64,000 nt of DNA from Antedon mediterranea (lineage: Eukaryota > Animalia > Echinodermata): the NCBI RefSeq assembly GCF_964355755.1, contig NC_092672.1, positions 24,193,237 through 24,257,236 on the forward strand, written 5' to 3'. The position numbers were made by a program, and so were the translations under genes. The first letter of the stretch is position 1; every line of letters starts with the position of its first letter. A model generated the notes under the pieces. The model worked only from the letters and a program-made list of their open reading frames with translations, did not search any database and was not told the origin of the DNA. Shown here piece after piece: positions 12,701 to 25,300 of the stretch.

Positions 12701-13495
12701 TAATCAAAGATTTTGGTTAAGTTTAATTTAGTAGTCAAACCATTATTTATCCAACGAGAGTTGGTGGACAAACAAACATAATTCGAATCCTAGATTTCCA
12801 AATTCAAAACATAACAACTATTCTAGTGGTTAAACTGTTGTTAGTGGTTAATGTATTACATTATTGTTAATGCTATATTAGTGGTTAATTTTTGTTATAA
12901 ATGTTTCATTTTAACAGAACAAATACCCAGAGATACATTATAGCATTTATGTTATAAGAATTCAGTTAATAGTCCTATTTTGATATTTGTGTCTTTTTTG
13001 TTTTCAATAATTCTAAAAGAAAGTAATATGATTTAAAATACAAATTGCAGAGTTGTAAAATAAATGTTTCAAACATGCAGTTGCAAATAAAAAAAAGGCA
13101 AATTACTAAAAATAATGACAATGCTGTGGGTAGCTGGATCTCAATGGAAATAAAATAAGCAAAAAGCTAAATCAAAACGATAAAGTAAAAGTTAAAACAG
13201 CCAGACATTTTAATATAGATATCTTCTTTATTGTTTGTGTGTAAATGGACATTATTTATGTTTTGTTAATATTTTTTAATTATTATGTCAGTCACATATA
13301 TTCCATCCTCATGTTTGGTGTAGGACATTAAAACTGCATTCATTGTCATGTTTTCTGAGCTTTCAAAGCCTGTTCTTTAATATCAGTTCAAACTGGAGAA
13401 CAACAACCTGGTTGAATATTCTAGCACTCTAATATTGTTCAATGTTTTTAATGTCTTGATTTGTGGTGAAAGAAATGTTTGATAGTTGGTCTTAA

Positions 13496-14613
13496 CAGTG
13501 GCAGATCCAGAAAGAGAAAGTAAAGTACTTTCAATTCATTAATTAAAACACATTGTTTCAGCGCCGTGCTAATTTAGTCTTTATTAGAGGTTGCCATTGC
13601 TGTTGCTGTCGTCGCACAAAATTATTGTTATGGGTGTTTTGCTAAGTGGTATGACACATGTTCTTTTGCTGCCTAGCTAGATAATTCTGAAGAATATTAT
13701 CAGGATAGACAAAGAGCGCACAGGAGAAATATTTGAATACTCATTTACCCAAGCGATTCTTATACTGTAATTTGAAAACAGTCCTGATGGTCTCTCCAAA
13801 ACATTGGAGAGTTTGTGTGTTTTAAAACTACTAAAAAGATGTTCAATTGCATTTTTTGATTACTAAACCCTGCCACCAGTGCATCAGTAGAGCGAGAAAA
13901 TTTAGCTCTGGAGACTGTAAAAAATTATCTTTGAGGTACCATAATGGAAGATCGACTAAATGCATTGTTATTGAAACTTAATTACGATGCCATTATTCTT
14001 AAGTATGTGAATATGTATCCCCGCTTGATGAAGTATGTAGGCCTATTTTTATTTATTAAATTAACAGCATTGTTATTACATGTTATTGTTAAGATAATAA
14101 AATTAAAATTAATAAGCAGTATAGAGATTCAGCCACTGATTACCACAGCATTGTCATTTTTTTGTAATTTTCCTTTTGACCTTTTTTATAATAAGATATA
14201 GGCCTATAAGCCTAAAGCCCTACAACACGCTCTTTCACTATGTATTATTTAACATAACTATGGCAACATGATAAATTTGAAGTCACATCATTTTTTAAGG
14301 TAGTTAATTACCATACCGGAAGTACCTTTATCAGGGAATTCCCCCAGATGGTCACATTGAACGTGTGTTTACCAGCGGAAAAAGTAGAGTACGATCTTTT
14401 TACCAATTGTTAACACGCTATGGGAGTGTCATTTCCGGCCAACTATAGGTGCCATTTATCATAAATTTTACGTGCGGGAATATAATTTCCAACCGTCTAG
14501 GGGTGTCATTTAACCAAATTTGCTTCACCACAGGTCCCACCTGTGCCTCATGTACTTGGTGATTGGTTGCGTTTCCTCCCCCCTTTACTACAAGGCTCAT
14601 GGATCCGCCCTTG
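13496..14613 (+). mobile_element. Decayed hAT transposon remnant(s)
   Basis: TIR-like CAGTGGCAGATCCA (13496) and TGGATCCGCCCTTG (14600-14613). hAT dimerisation-domain remnant ATSASVER...VKNYL*GTIMEDRLNAL at ~13872-13970. No matching 8-bp TSD, so the two ends may belong to different copies. Confidence 0.65.
14124..14185 (+). mobile_element. Short 3' fragment of the Penelope-type repeat seen at 30043-30262
   Basis: GAGATTCAGCCACTGATTACCACAGCATTGTCATTTT matches GAGATCCAGCCACTGATACCCACAGCATTGTCATTTT at ~30202. Confidence 0.75.
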
Positions 14614-16503
14614 TTTATGATGAGCAACAATGCCTGTTTTCTGTGTGGTGTAATTAAAAAGAAGTAAATATGATTGCAACTTCATTCTCCTTGTACACAC
14701 CTTGAAATTAAATTGCATAAATGAATAATTAAATATCAAAATGAATAATATTAAACATAATGTTAGTCCATCATGTACTTCATATTTCATATCATAAAAC
14801 GCTACCAGGCACTAATAATAGAATTAGAAGCCAGGCATATACAGTAGGCACATTGGTGGGCTGGTTTGTCCTGTCACATCTGGACCGAATCGTCCTGAAT
14901 TCAACTAGTTACAGTAGCCTAGGCCTAGTAAGTAACGTAATGCTAAACCTAACCTAGTGTTAATTACATGCATTTGGTGTTTCAAGTTTATTTTTGGATG
15001 AACCAACCATACGTACCATCCTTTCGATATCTAAAGTTTGAAATGTGCGCCGAGCACATGCTATCTCTCAATATTTGCTAGCTATGACCTCTAAGTGATC
15101 TGATTGAGACGCAAGATTTATCGAATGCAGCATTTGGCAACTTGCAAATAAATTAGTCTGAAAACACATTTTTCGTAAAAATGTGCCGTTCTAACATCGC
15201 TTAATAAATAAAAGGAACTAAAAGGTGTTCCAGCTCAAACGGCGCTAGCGGTTTTATTATATTAGGAGAAGATAGAGTAAATAGGCTTAATTGGTTATTG
15301 ATAGGCCACATAAAACCTCATTTTTAAAAAACTTTTTTTTGTAAAGTTGCCCAAGAAACACCACTGAGAAAGTCATTTTTTTACATTTATAAATTGCTAA
15401 ATTGTGTGTGCGGCCAAATATTATTTGAAAGGTATTAAAACTCATTTCTAGACTGGTATTTTGTTTGGATATCATGCATGAAACTACCCCTACAGCATCG
15501 CAAAGAAGAATATTAATAGTTCTGAAGATTTTTTGTGTAATTATGATTTTATATCATTAAGTATGTCACGGCAACATAGCCAGTGGGTTTGGTGTGTTGT
15601 GGAGGGTGGACTCAAGACAATAATAATATACATATAAAACACTATAATATTATATGTCCAGATTATCTACAGGTGAATTATCTTCATGAGTCCATTTCCA
15701 ATTTTACGTCGAAATACAGTACTCTTTGTTCCTCTCACTCCCATATTTCCACTCCATCTTATCCATAATTTCTTCGGTGATTTCTCTGATGTTTTCTAAG
15801 CTTAATCTTCTTAATTTGGCACTTCTCTATTCTCAAGTGGCACTGTAACACAGACAAATATTACCGTAGTATACAGTTCATTTACGGTACCCTATAACAT
15901 TCATTACTTTCAATAAATTATCTATAATTATATTATAATCATGAATCATTTTTTATTCAATGCAAAGCGTCACAGCTGTTCCAGAAATATGAATTAAGTG
16001 CAGCGCCCCCAACGTTTCATAGCGTTTTATGGAGTAGCGATTCCGAAAACATATTGTATACAAACCACATGAGGAAACCCGGAAGCAATCAAGCATAAAA
16101 CGACTGTTTTTTAATAGCCAATAAAAACAAATAAAGACCGCGAAAGTCAGAAAAATAATGAATATTCATTAGAACAACCCTGGATGAAGGTAAAAAACAT
16201 GTTGTCGTCGTTTTATCACGTGGATTTTAAGAGGTAATGTAATTGAAAATTGTACACCCAACGCCAGTTTTTTTCTCAAGCGATACATTTAAAAAAGTAG
16301 GTATAAATGTTGTTTTCCATATCAGTTTAAAAATAATTTTTTCTGTTGAATTCTTTGATTTAGTTGGATACTTTAGTTATCCTTGAATGTTTTAACAAGG
16401 ATCGTATTCATATTGCCTGGCTGGATTTTTTCCTATGCTAGCTTATAATAGGCTATGCCCAGGCTCCCTTGCGTGGTTAAAACCAGCTGTGTAAGACTAA
16501 TGG

Positions 16504-17423
16504 CTGTTTATTTTTAACACGTAAACATGTATATTCGGAGGGCCTGAGTGACAGTTGACCTATTATAAAGCTGATTAATTACTTGTTCCTGGTTCTAATT
16601 AAAAATTAGGCCTAGTCTAGGCCTAAGCTTTTTTAATAATCATTCATATTGGGAGAGGAGTACAGAGTAGGCCAGGCTACAGGCCTAGCCTAGCTAGGCC
16701 TATATTATATAATAGGCTAGGCTACATCATCAGCAGGTTAAAGGCTAGCAGCCTACCTAGCATGTCTTAGTCAAAGATCTGTAATATATTAATAGAAAGA
16801 AGCTATAGAGTACTGTGACATTAGATATTTAATCATAAATGCATATTTCTTTCATATTTGTATTGTATATTTATTATTTTGATATGCAATCACAATCTAA
16901 ATCAGTAAATAACATCAATTTCCGTTATCAATAAATAATTATTAATATATAAACCAAATTAAAATAAAATAACTGTTTATTTTTAACACGTAAACATGTC
17001 TATTCGGGGGCCTGAGTGACAGTTGACCTGTTATAAAGCTGATTAATTACTTGTTCCTGGTCCTAATTAAAAATTAGGCCTAGCCTAGGCCTAAGCTTTT
17101 TTAATAATCATTCATATTGGGAGAGAGGAGTACAGAGTAGGTCAGGTTACAGGCCAAGCTAGGCCTATACTATTATATAGGCTAGGCTACATCATCAGCA
17201 GGTTAAAGACTAGCAGCCTACCTAGCATGTTAGTCAAAGATCTGTAATATATTAATAGAAAGAAGCTATAGAGTACTGTGACATTAGATATTTAATTATA
17301 CAGTAAATGCATATTTCTTTCATATTTGTATTGTATTATATATGCAATCACAATCTAAATCACTAAATAACATCAATTTCCGTTATCAATCAATAATATA
17401 TATCAACCAAATCAAAATTAAAT
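16504..17423. repeat. Tandem duplication, period ~469 bp, inside the Chapaev element
   Basis: CTGTTTATTTTTAACACGTAAACATGT starts at 16504 and 16973; the two copies are colinear and highly similar. Confidence 0.93.
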
Positions 17424-17619
17424 AGCTTCCAAAAAATTAAATTCAATTACAATTCATATACCATTTGTTAAATATTTTCAAAATCATTGTTCTAGCAATA
17501 ACACAAAAAAATACTACCATTCATACAGTATACTGTACATAATAATATGCAATACTGTAACAATTAACTGAGAAATAGCAAACTATTCCTCAACTTTTCT
17601 CCACTTAGTTACCGGCCTA

Positions 17620-18825
17620 GTTACTTCATGCTGGATCTCAGGTGAAATAAACGTCAGATGTGACTTCATGATTTCCCACAAAACTTTTTCCATGGTACTG
17701 CTGTCGAGGAATTTATTTTTTCTAAATACCTCGTCCATTTTTGTACATAGAGGTCCAGTTTCAAATCTCTTGGTTCATAGTAGTTCGCTATATAAAATAT
17801 ATAAAAAAAATATGGCATTAATTTTTATAGTATTTGCATGTTTTAGACATAATTTTAAAGGTGTATAATGTAGGACTGACCAAGTCTTTGACCTCTTGTT
17901 CTTTTAGATTTATTCTGTGGCCAGTCTCTGCAATCTTACTATGCTGTTTTGTCACAAGTGACACTGAGAGTTCATTTCTTAAATGCTCAAGATTCTCTTC
18001 TAAAGACTGGATTTTAATCATTGTACTTTGTAGCATGTCAATGTGCTGCAGCTTCTGATTTTCTCTTTCTGCTAGATGATCACCTGAGATTAAACAATAT
18101 TGGTCAACCAAATAAATGTCAATCTGCATAAAAAATGAGCATCAAAATGATTATATTTTAAAAATGTTAACAACTATTTCTTGTAGCAGATAATGATAAT
18201 ACAGTATATGGATAATTCATAGGAAAATAAGTTCCAGCCAAAGGTTTGCTTTATTATGCATAAAAATAGGATAAACAATTTTGAAATTCTATGCTCAAAG
18301 GGACAATGTATATTTAAAGAGCAACTTGACCAATTGAGTTATTATGTAATGTCAATGTAAAGTTGAAACAACATTTGAATTTACCAGTCAAGATGTCAGC
18401 ATCCTGTCGCATGTTGAATATTATAACATATTGACACCTGGAAAAATAGTTGATTGAGGAAATATTTAATAAAGAAAAGAGGTATATTTATAAATTACTG
18501 TAACAATTGTTTGTTTCGACAGTTATTTTATACTAACATTGTTCTTTAATAAATAATATGAAGTACAAACACACATTTCATTGTTTGGAGTGTGTATTAA
18601 ACTTTCTAAAGAGGTGGTTATGATTATTTACCTACCCTGTTTAATTCAATGTCTACCAGGTATGGTCTAACAACGCTGTGCGATATTGTTTTGCTTTTTT
18701 TTGTTCACTGCCATGGTCTACAAAAGACTTGTAGGCCTTGAGATATCTACAGGCTTGAGGAACATTGTTGGTTCTGATGTCATCTTGATTACAAAAACAA
18801 TAGATGCAACTGTACTTTCCTTTAA
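17620..18825 (-). pseudogene. Chapaev transposase remnant (multi-exon, frameshifted)
   Basis: GKYSCIYC...FVDHGSEQKKAKQY (~18680-18822), a coiled-coil segment (17818-18129) and ETGPLCTKMDEVFRKNK/PRQQYHGKSFVGNH (~17667-17762), separated by GT-AG introns. Confidence 0.72.
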
Positions 18826-21405
18826 AAATAAATAAATTTTTAAATCTACAGTACTTCAGTTTTGTGTCCAAACAAATCCAAACAAGAGAGCTAATAGCCA
18901 AAATATTAAACCATTATTATGCTGTAAAAATGTATTAATATTAAGGCCTAGCCTAGGCTGTGACTGTCACTCAGTCCCACCAGCTAGCCTAAAAATGCAC
19001 CAGGAAAGCAATAATTATTATTATAAACACATGCCATTAATTATTTGGTAACAGTTATAATGATTACATTTAGGATTAGGGTAATTAAAGGTTTAACTAT
19101 TACGAATTTTCTATGTTTCGGCCTAGCTTCATTCTAGGCCCACATTACTGTCACGGTCATCGCAGGCGTCAACGCACTTTCTAAGCCTATCGCCAAACCG
19201 TTTTCTCGCCGATAAAAATAACAATGTATAAAAGGGTTGCAAAATATGCGAGTTTTACTAAAAACTGAACCAGGCTATATTAACAAAACTAGTATTATTT
19301 TGTTTATATAATAATGATGGACTATATTCTAGTTCGTTCTTTTTCTAAAAAAATGAATTATATCCAAAAAAAAAGTAAAGAATACAATGATATTTTCTAC
19401 TTACGATTGTTTACTATTTCATTACACAGTTTATCTCAACTTCCTGGTTTATGTGCGGGAGAGTATTTCAGTAAAATGGACAATATCGTCGTTTATTTAT
19501 TAATTTATAGTAAAGAAACAATAAAATATTTATTTTTTAATTGAACATACACTTTTTTTAATCGTTTAGTTTTGTATAAAATGTTTTTACTACATAAAAA
19601 CTCACGATAGCGAAATTTAATTTGGCGTTCGCGAAATAATGGTTTGTAAACAAAAATTATATGTCCGCGCGACTCGGGGGAGCCTCGTCTGCTAACACTG
19701 AGGGCGCTTGACTTTTTCTGATATCTTAACACTAGTTGAAACAGCTGTGGCGTGCAAAATAGATAAAAAACTATGACTGATGATTTTAAGCTATACTTGT
19801 TTTGTAGTTACGAATATGACTGGTGATATTCGTCATCACAAATACGCTTTATGAATATCAGCTCAAAATTTTAACAAATGTATGACCTATCCGTTTTCGT
19901 TATCGTATTCGTAAGGTTGTGAAACCTCCATATTATTGGTGCCATCATATATCAACATCGTTATAGGCTATGTAGAATCTGTAGCAAAACTAGCATCGAT
20001 ATGACTTGCGCTTGCGCAATACTATAAAATGAAAATAGAGAATATTTAATATTCTTAATGAATCACAGGATCAAGTGTAATAGTAGAGAGGCCAAAAACA
20101 CAAAAGTCCTCTATAAAAAGTTTGGGGGGCATTTTTTGTTAATAGCAGGCAACCATGTTGAATGTATCCTTTGTGGGGTGACAAAAACGATAGGGGTGGA
20201 TGCCATCTTCATTTTTGGGTTTTAAGGTCAGTTTATGTGGTCAAGAGGTCAAACAAGGTCAAAATATAGGATTTTTTTTTATTCACGGAAAATCATCTAC
20301 ATCATCAGATCTATCCAAAAAGGTATATCTGAAGATCAACTGATGCTTCTTATTATAGTAATTATGAGATAAACATTTCATTTTACACATAAAAGCATAG
20401 GAAATTAAATATAAAAGTGTCATTTTCTCAAATTGTTATTTTCACATATTTCTGTAAAGTACACACAGTTTTTTAATAGGCTTTTCCCAGTCTGTTGTAA
20501 ATTTGTCTTTTTTTATGTTGTCCACCAGTCATCGTTTTGATTTTTGTCGGAAAAAATAGGTCAAGTGTTATATGTATGAAACGCCATATGTGCCAAAAGA
20601 TTGGTCTTTTACTATAATATTAATACCTATAATAATGTAATACAGTAATATTTAGAAATTTATTTTTAGAAAGATTAATAATATTACCTATAATAATGTA
20701 ATAATATTTAGAAATTTGTTTTTAGAAAAATTTCGAAAACAGACCCTCTATATGACCTAATGTCAAGATGTTTTTGTTTGGGTTAGAGACCCCCTATAAT
20801 GTAATTATTTAAACATTTTTTTCATTATTTCAATGATACAAGTTTTTATTGAAATTTGTTGTTTCAAGAAATCTCGAAAGAGAAACCTGGGTATCGAGTC
20901 TTTGTTTTCAAAAACCCTAACTATTGGACTTTATCAAGGTTGGAAGGAGTGGTAATTGGGGACTTCTTCTTGAGGCCTTCGCATCTATGCTATCATGGCT
21001 GACGGTGATAACAAATATAAAACTCCTTATTAAGTAATTAAGAAGTCCTTTATACACATGGATAAAGACGGTTTTAACGTTATTTATAAACATTACGTTA
21101 CGTACTGTGTCCAGGTATGAAATCCATTTCTCCCAAAAAGTAAACGCACTTGAAAAGGACAACGTCATGCGACAAATCAAATTCCAGCTATCCATTCTTA
21201 TATTCATATGAAGATCGTTTAAAGTTGGCTTGGCCTACCAACCCTGTATGACAGACGAATTCATGGTGACTTGATTGAAAATTTTCAAAAGATTTCGAGG
21301 GTGTAGCCAAGGAAGACTTCCTTCAAATAAGATGCAATCTAAGCAGAAATACACAAGGACATCAGCTTAGACTTTTTAAACGTAAATTTCACAAAGGACT
21401 GATAG

Positions 21406-21816
21406 CCAAAAGAGTGGTTAAGTATAATTAAACATAATATGCCAAATATAAACCAATATATGAATGTGAAACTGGAATACAATATCAACAATATAATTAA
21501 GATGACAACAAAAGATGTTTATTCTAACTTTGTTAATAATGTTTTTATTCCCCCGAAAAGCATACTTAAATGGAATAACATATTTAATGAAGATATCAAG
21601 TGGTGTGATGTCTGGAAAAGAAAAGTGAAAAACGAAAAAATTAAGAAATTTGCCCAATTGAATTACAAATTACTAAATAGAGTTGTACCTACAAATCTAA
21701 AACTGTATAACTGGAAACTGAAAAATAATAACATATGTAACAATTGTGGAGTCATTGAAGACGAAAAACATATGTTTTATTATTGTAGACGTAATCAAAT
21801 ACTGTGGAAAAATTGA
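21406..21816 (+). pseudogene. L1/Tx1 ORF2 C-terminal zinc-binding (zf-RVT-like) fragment
   Basis: PKEWL...KFAQLNYKLLNRVVPTNLKLYNWK...CNNCGVIEDEKHMFYYC...W (CCHC motif). Confidence 0.85.
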
Positions 21817-21826
21817 CAATATATTT

Positions 21827-22644
21827 AACAAGGCCAACAGCCATTAAGTCGCGTGCTACAATGCATAGTGATACCGGACCGACAGACAAACAGACCGACA
21901 GACAGACAGACCGACAGACAGACGGAACGACCGACATAGTGAACTATACTGACCGAAATTACTGAACATGTTTAAAAATGTTGAAATGTTTAAAAAAATT
22001 TATATTTTTTTAATTTACACGTGCGTAGCCTGTCACTTTTGACGTGCTCGTATAACGTAATTTCGAGTTGAAAAGTAAGTCAAGAAAACAGAAATCGGGC
22101 AAAATGAGTGCGCAATAACATTTAACGCGCAGTGCGCGCGCAAAAATCTGCGCACTCATGGCAATTTTGTAAACGCTTAAAATTGCCTGAAACGTACTCT
22201 TATTTCATCGAAAATAAATTTTGAAAATTTTAAGCGCGCGTACGCTTGCGTTACATGCGCTACGCACGTAATTGTATTGCCATATGATGGTTTATGCCCT
22301 GAAATTTATGAATACCAAATTTTATTTAATTGTGATTCATGGTTGTTAAGATATGATTACAAACGTGATTTCGTTAAATCGTGCGTAGACCACGTAATGT
22401 TTTATTGCTCACCGTGAAAACATAACCACATCGATTCCTGGCCATAAGGAATATTCTGTGAAAAATTGACTTAGCTAGATTAAACTGATATCAAGATAAG
22501 GTCATAAAGCGATAAAACGCATAGTGATACTGGACCGACAGACAGACAGACAGACCGACAGACCGACCGACAGACAGACCGACAGACAGACCGACCGACC
22601 GACCGACATAGTGAACTATAGAGTCGCTTCCACGCGACTAAAAA
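21827..22644 (-). mobile_element. HINE-type element, family 2, copy 1 (complete)
   Basis: On the minus strand: TTTTTAGTCGCGTG-gaa-GCGACTCTATA head, (GTCG/GTCT)n microsatellite, 3' subTIR CACGCGACT and GGCTGTTGGCCTTGTT end. Confidence 0.85.
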
Positions 22645-23815
22645 GCTAGATAACAGCTGTAGCTCGTTCAAAGAACTCCTGTTAGGAAGTAAATGTCTAT
22701 TAAACAAGGCCAACAGCCATTAAGTCGCGTGCTACAATGCATAGTGATACCGGACCGACAGACAAACAGACCGACAGACAGACAGACAGACAGACCGACA
22801 GACAGACGGACCGACCGACATAGTGAACTATACTGACCAAAATTACTGAACATGTTTACAAATGTTGAAATGTTTAAAAACATTTATATTTTTTTAATTT
22901 ACACGTGCGTAGCCTGTCACTTTTGACGTGCTCGTATAACGTAATTTCGAGTTGAAAAGTAAGTCAAGAAAACAGAAATCGGGCAAAAAGAGTGCGCAAT
23001 AACATTTAACCATTAGGCGCAGGAGCCCCGGATAGCGTTACGAAGTCGTTAACTCTGTCAGCCCATGGTCAACCCAACTAATGTGTTTTTCCCAAGGACA
23101 ACTTATCAATAACTAAACTTTGTCACCACCCATAAGTGTGCTGTTCATTTCTTATTGACCAATGAACACCAATGTAACTGGACCTGAGTTTCTTGCTATT
23201 CGACCTTGGGTGCAAATTATACAATTAATTGATGTTAAGGCCACTGACTACTCTTTTCTGTATAGAAACACTGAATTGACTGAATAATAAGAAAACCCTA
23301 CAATAATTTCTACTACTACTTGATATGGTGTTATACAAGAACTATATTAAAAGAATTGAATGTATGGAGAATGAAAAGTTAAAAGTTATAACTTATATGT
23401 AAAACATCACTTAGATGATATCTATCTCAGATATATCATTTTCTAAAAATTGTTTCATTAGTTAGATCACGGAAAACCAATACCAATACTGATCTGGACT
23501 CGGAAATTCAAAATGTAGCAGGCAACGTTTCACCAATGAAAACTTTCAAGACAAACAAAGTATCATAATTATCATGATATCCATTTTTATTTAATAACGA
23601 TAAATGGATATAAATATTTCGTCTTTTTTGTTTTTTTGTGATGGAAAATATATTGAGTGAACATTGGCACAGAGCTTAAATGTTCCCCGTCCCCTTAATG
23701 TCCGCTTTATAGGAGTGTCCCCTCAGTAAGGATTTGCTGTTTTTCCCCTTAATAATAAATTATGATGTCCATCTTATCCTCTCAATTTTAATGTGCTACA
23801 CCCGATAATAGAATA

Positions 23816-23986
23816 CACATCTAGCTCGTGTGTACTTTAAAGAACCTAGTACATCTTTCGAGACGAGTGGGGGGTTACCCCGGTGTATTAGTACATCACA
23901 GCCACTGATCACCAACTGGGCCCTCTGGGAGACCAGTCTTTGACTGAAGAGGTTACCCAGTATAAATATATATTTCAATTCAATTC
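23816..23986 (+). mobile_element. 5'-truncated SINE with a Deu/Nin-type core domain
   Basis: TAAAGAACCTAGTACATCTTTCGAGACGAGTGGGGGTTACCCCGGTGT resembles the DeuSINE/AmnSINE1 core as I recall it. (TTCAA)n tail. 9-bp TSD AATAGAATA at 23807-23815 and 23987-23995. Confidence 0.75.
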
Positions 23987-24009
23987 AATAGAATAACTGT
24001 ACAGTAGGC

Positions 24010-25300
24010 TCCCATTTGATGCAATGTGTTACCCAATGTGCTCAATTTGATTGTGCTACCCAAATCCATGCTATTCATTTGAAATAATTTGCTATCCATT
24101 TGAAAGAATGTGCTACCCGATAATCCGTATAGAATAATGTACAGTACAATTATATCCATTTGATTGTGCTACCTAATGTGCTATCCATTTGAAATAATGT
24201 GCTATCCATTTGAAAGAATGTGCTATCCATTTGAAAGAATGTGCTACCCGATAATCTGTATAGAATAATGTATAGTACAGTACTATATCCATTTGATTGT
24301 GCTACCCAATGTGCTATCCATTTGAAAGAATGTGCTATCCATTTGAAAGAATGTGCTACCCGATAATCCGTATAGAATAATGTACAGTACTATATCCATT
24401 TGATTGTGCTACCTAATGTGCTATCCATTTGAAATAATGTGCTACCCGATAATCCTTATAGAATAATGTACAGTACTATATCCATTTGACTGTGCTACCT
24501 AATGTGCTATCCATTTGAAATAATGTGCTACCCGATAATCCTTATAGAATAATGTACAGTACTATATCCATTTGATTGTGCTACCCAATGTGCTATCCAT
24601 TTGAAATAATGTGCTATCCATTTGAAATAATGTGCTATTTGAAAGAATGTGCTACCCGATAATCCGTATAGAATAATGTACAGTACAATTACATCCATTT
24701 GATTGTGCTACCTAATGTGCTATCCATTTGAAATAATGTGCTATCCATTTGAAATAATGTGCTATCCATTTGAAAGAATGTGCTATCCATTTGAAATAAT
24801 TTTCTATCCATTTGAAAGAATGTGCTACCCGATAATCCGTATAGAATAATGTACAGTACTATATCCATTTGACTGTGCTACCTAATGTGCTATCCATTTG
24901 AAATAATGTGCTACCCGATAATCCTTATAGAATAATGTACAGTACTATATCTATTTGATTGTGCTACCCAATGTGCTATCCATTTGAAATAATGTGCTAT
25001 CCATTTGAAATAGGCCTAATGTGCTACCCGATAATCATAGAATAATTACAGTACTATATCCATTTGATTGTGCTACCTAATGTGCTATCCATTTGAAAGA
25101 ATGTGCTATCCATTTGAAGAATGTGCTATCCATTTGAAAGAATGTGCTATCCATTTGAAAGAATGTGCTATCCATTTGAAAGAATGTGCTACCCGATAAT
25201 CCGTATAGAATTCACAGTACAGTTATATCATAGTTTTATCCATTTGATTGAGCTATCTATTGTGCTATCCGTTTGAACTAATGTGCTGTCTGTTTGAAAT
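24010..25300. repeat. Higher-order minisatellite built on TGTGCTA-initiated subunits
   Basis: 21-mer TGTGCTATCCATTTGAAA(G/T)AA in variable runs, alternating with a ~53-mer (TGTGCTACCCGATAATCCGTATAGAATAATGTACAG...) and a 12-mer (TGTGCTACCYAA); about 10 blocks. Confidence 0.92.

Larger units (their letters stand above)
15971..19749 (-). mobile_element. Chapaev (CMC) DNA transposon, internally deleted and decayed
   Basis: TIRs CACAGCTGTTCCA / TGAAACAGCTGTG. 4-bp TSD GCGT at 15967-15970 and 19750-19753. Transposase remnants on the minus strand. Confidence 0.82.

Noticed and set aside
15640-15843. Minus-strand exon-like purine-rich segment after a good acceptor
   Set aside because: Stops in all three frames within a short distance and no recognisable domain; it lies outside the Chapaev TSD.
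15971-19749. RAG-like (ProtoRAG/Transib) transposon
   Set aside because: TSD is 4 bp rather than 5, no RAG2-like remnant is seen, and the YHGKSFVGNH motif fits Chapaev.
24010-25300. CRISPR-like look of short repeats separated by longer segments
   Set aside because: The 'spacers' are themselves repeated, there are no cas genes, and the context is eukaryotic. It is a minisatellite.
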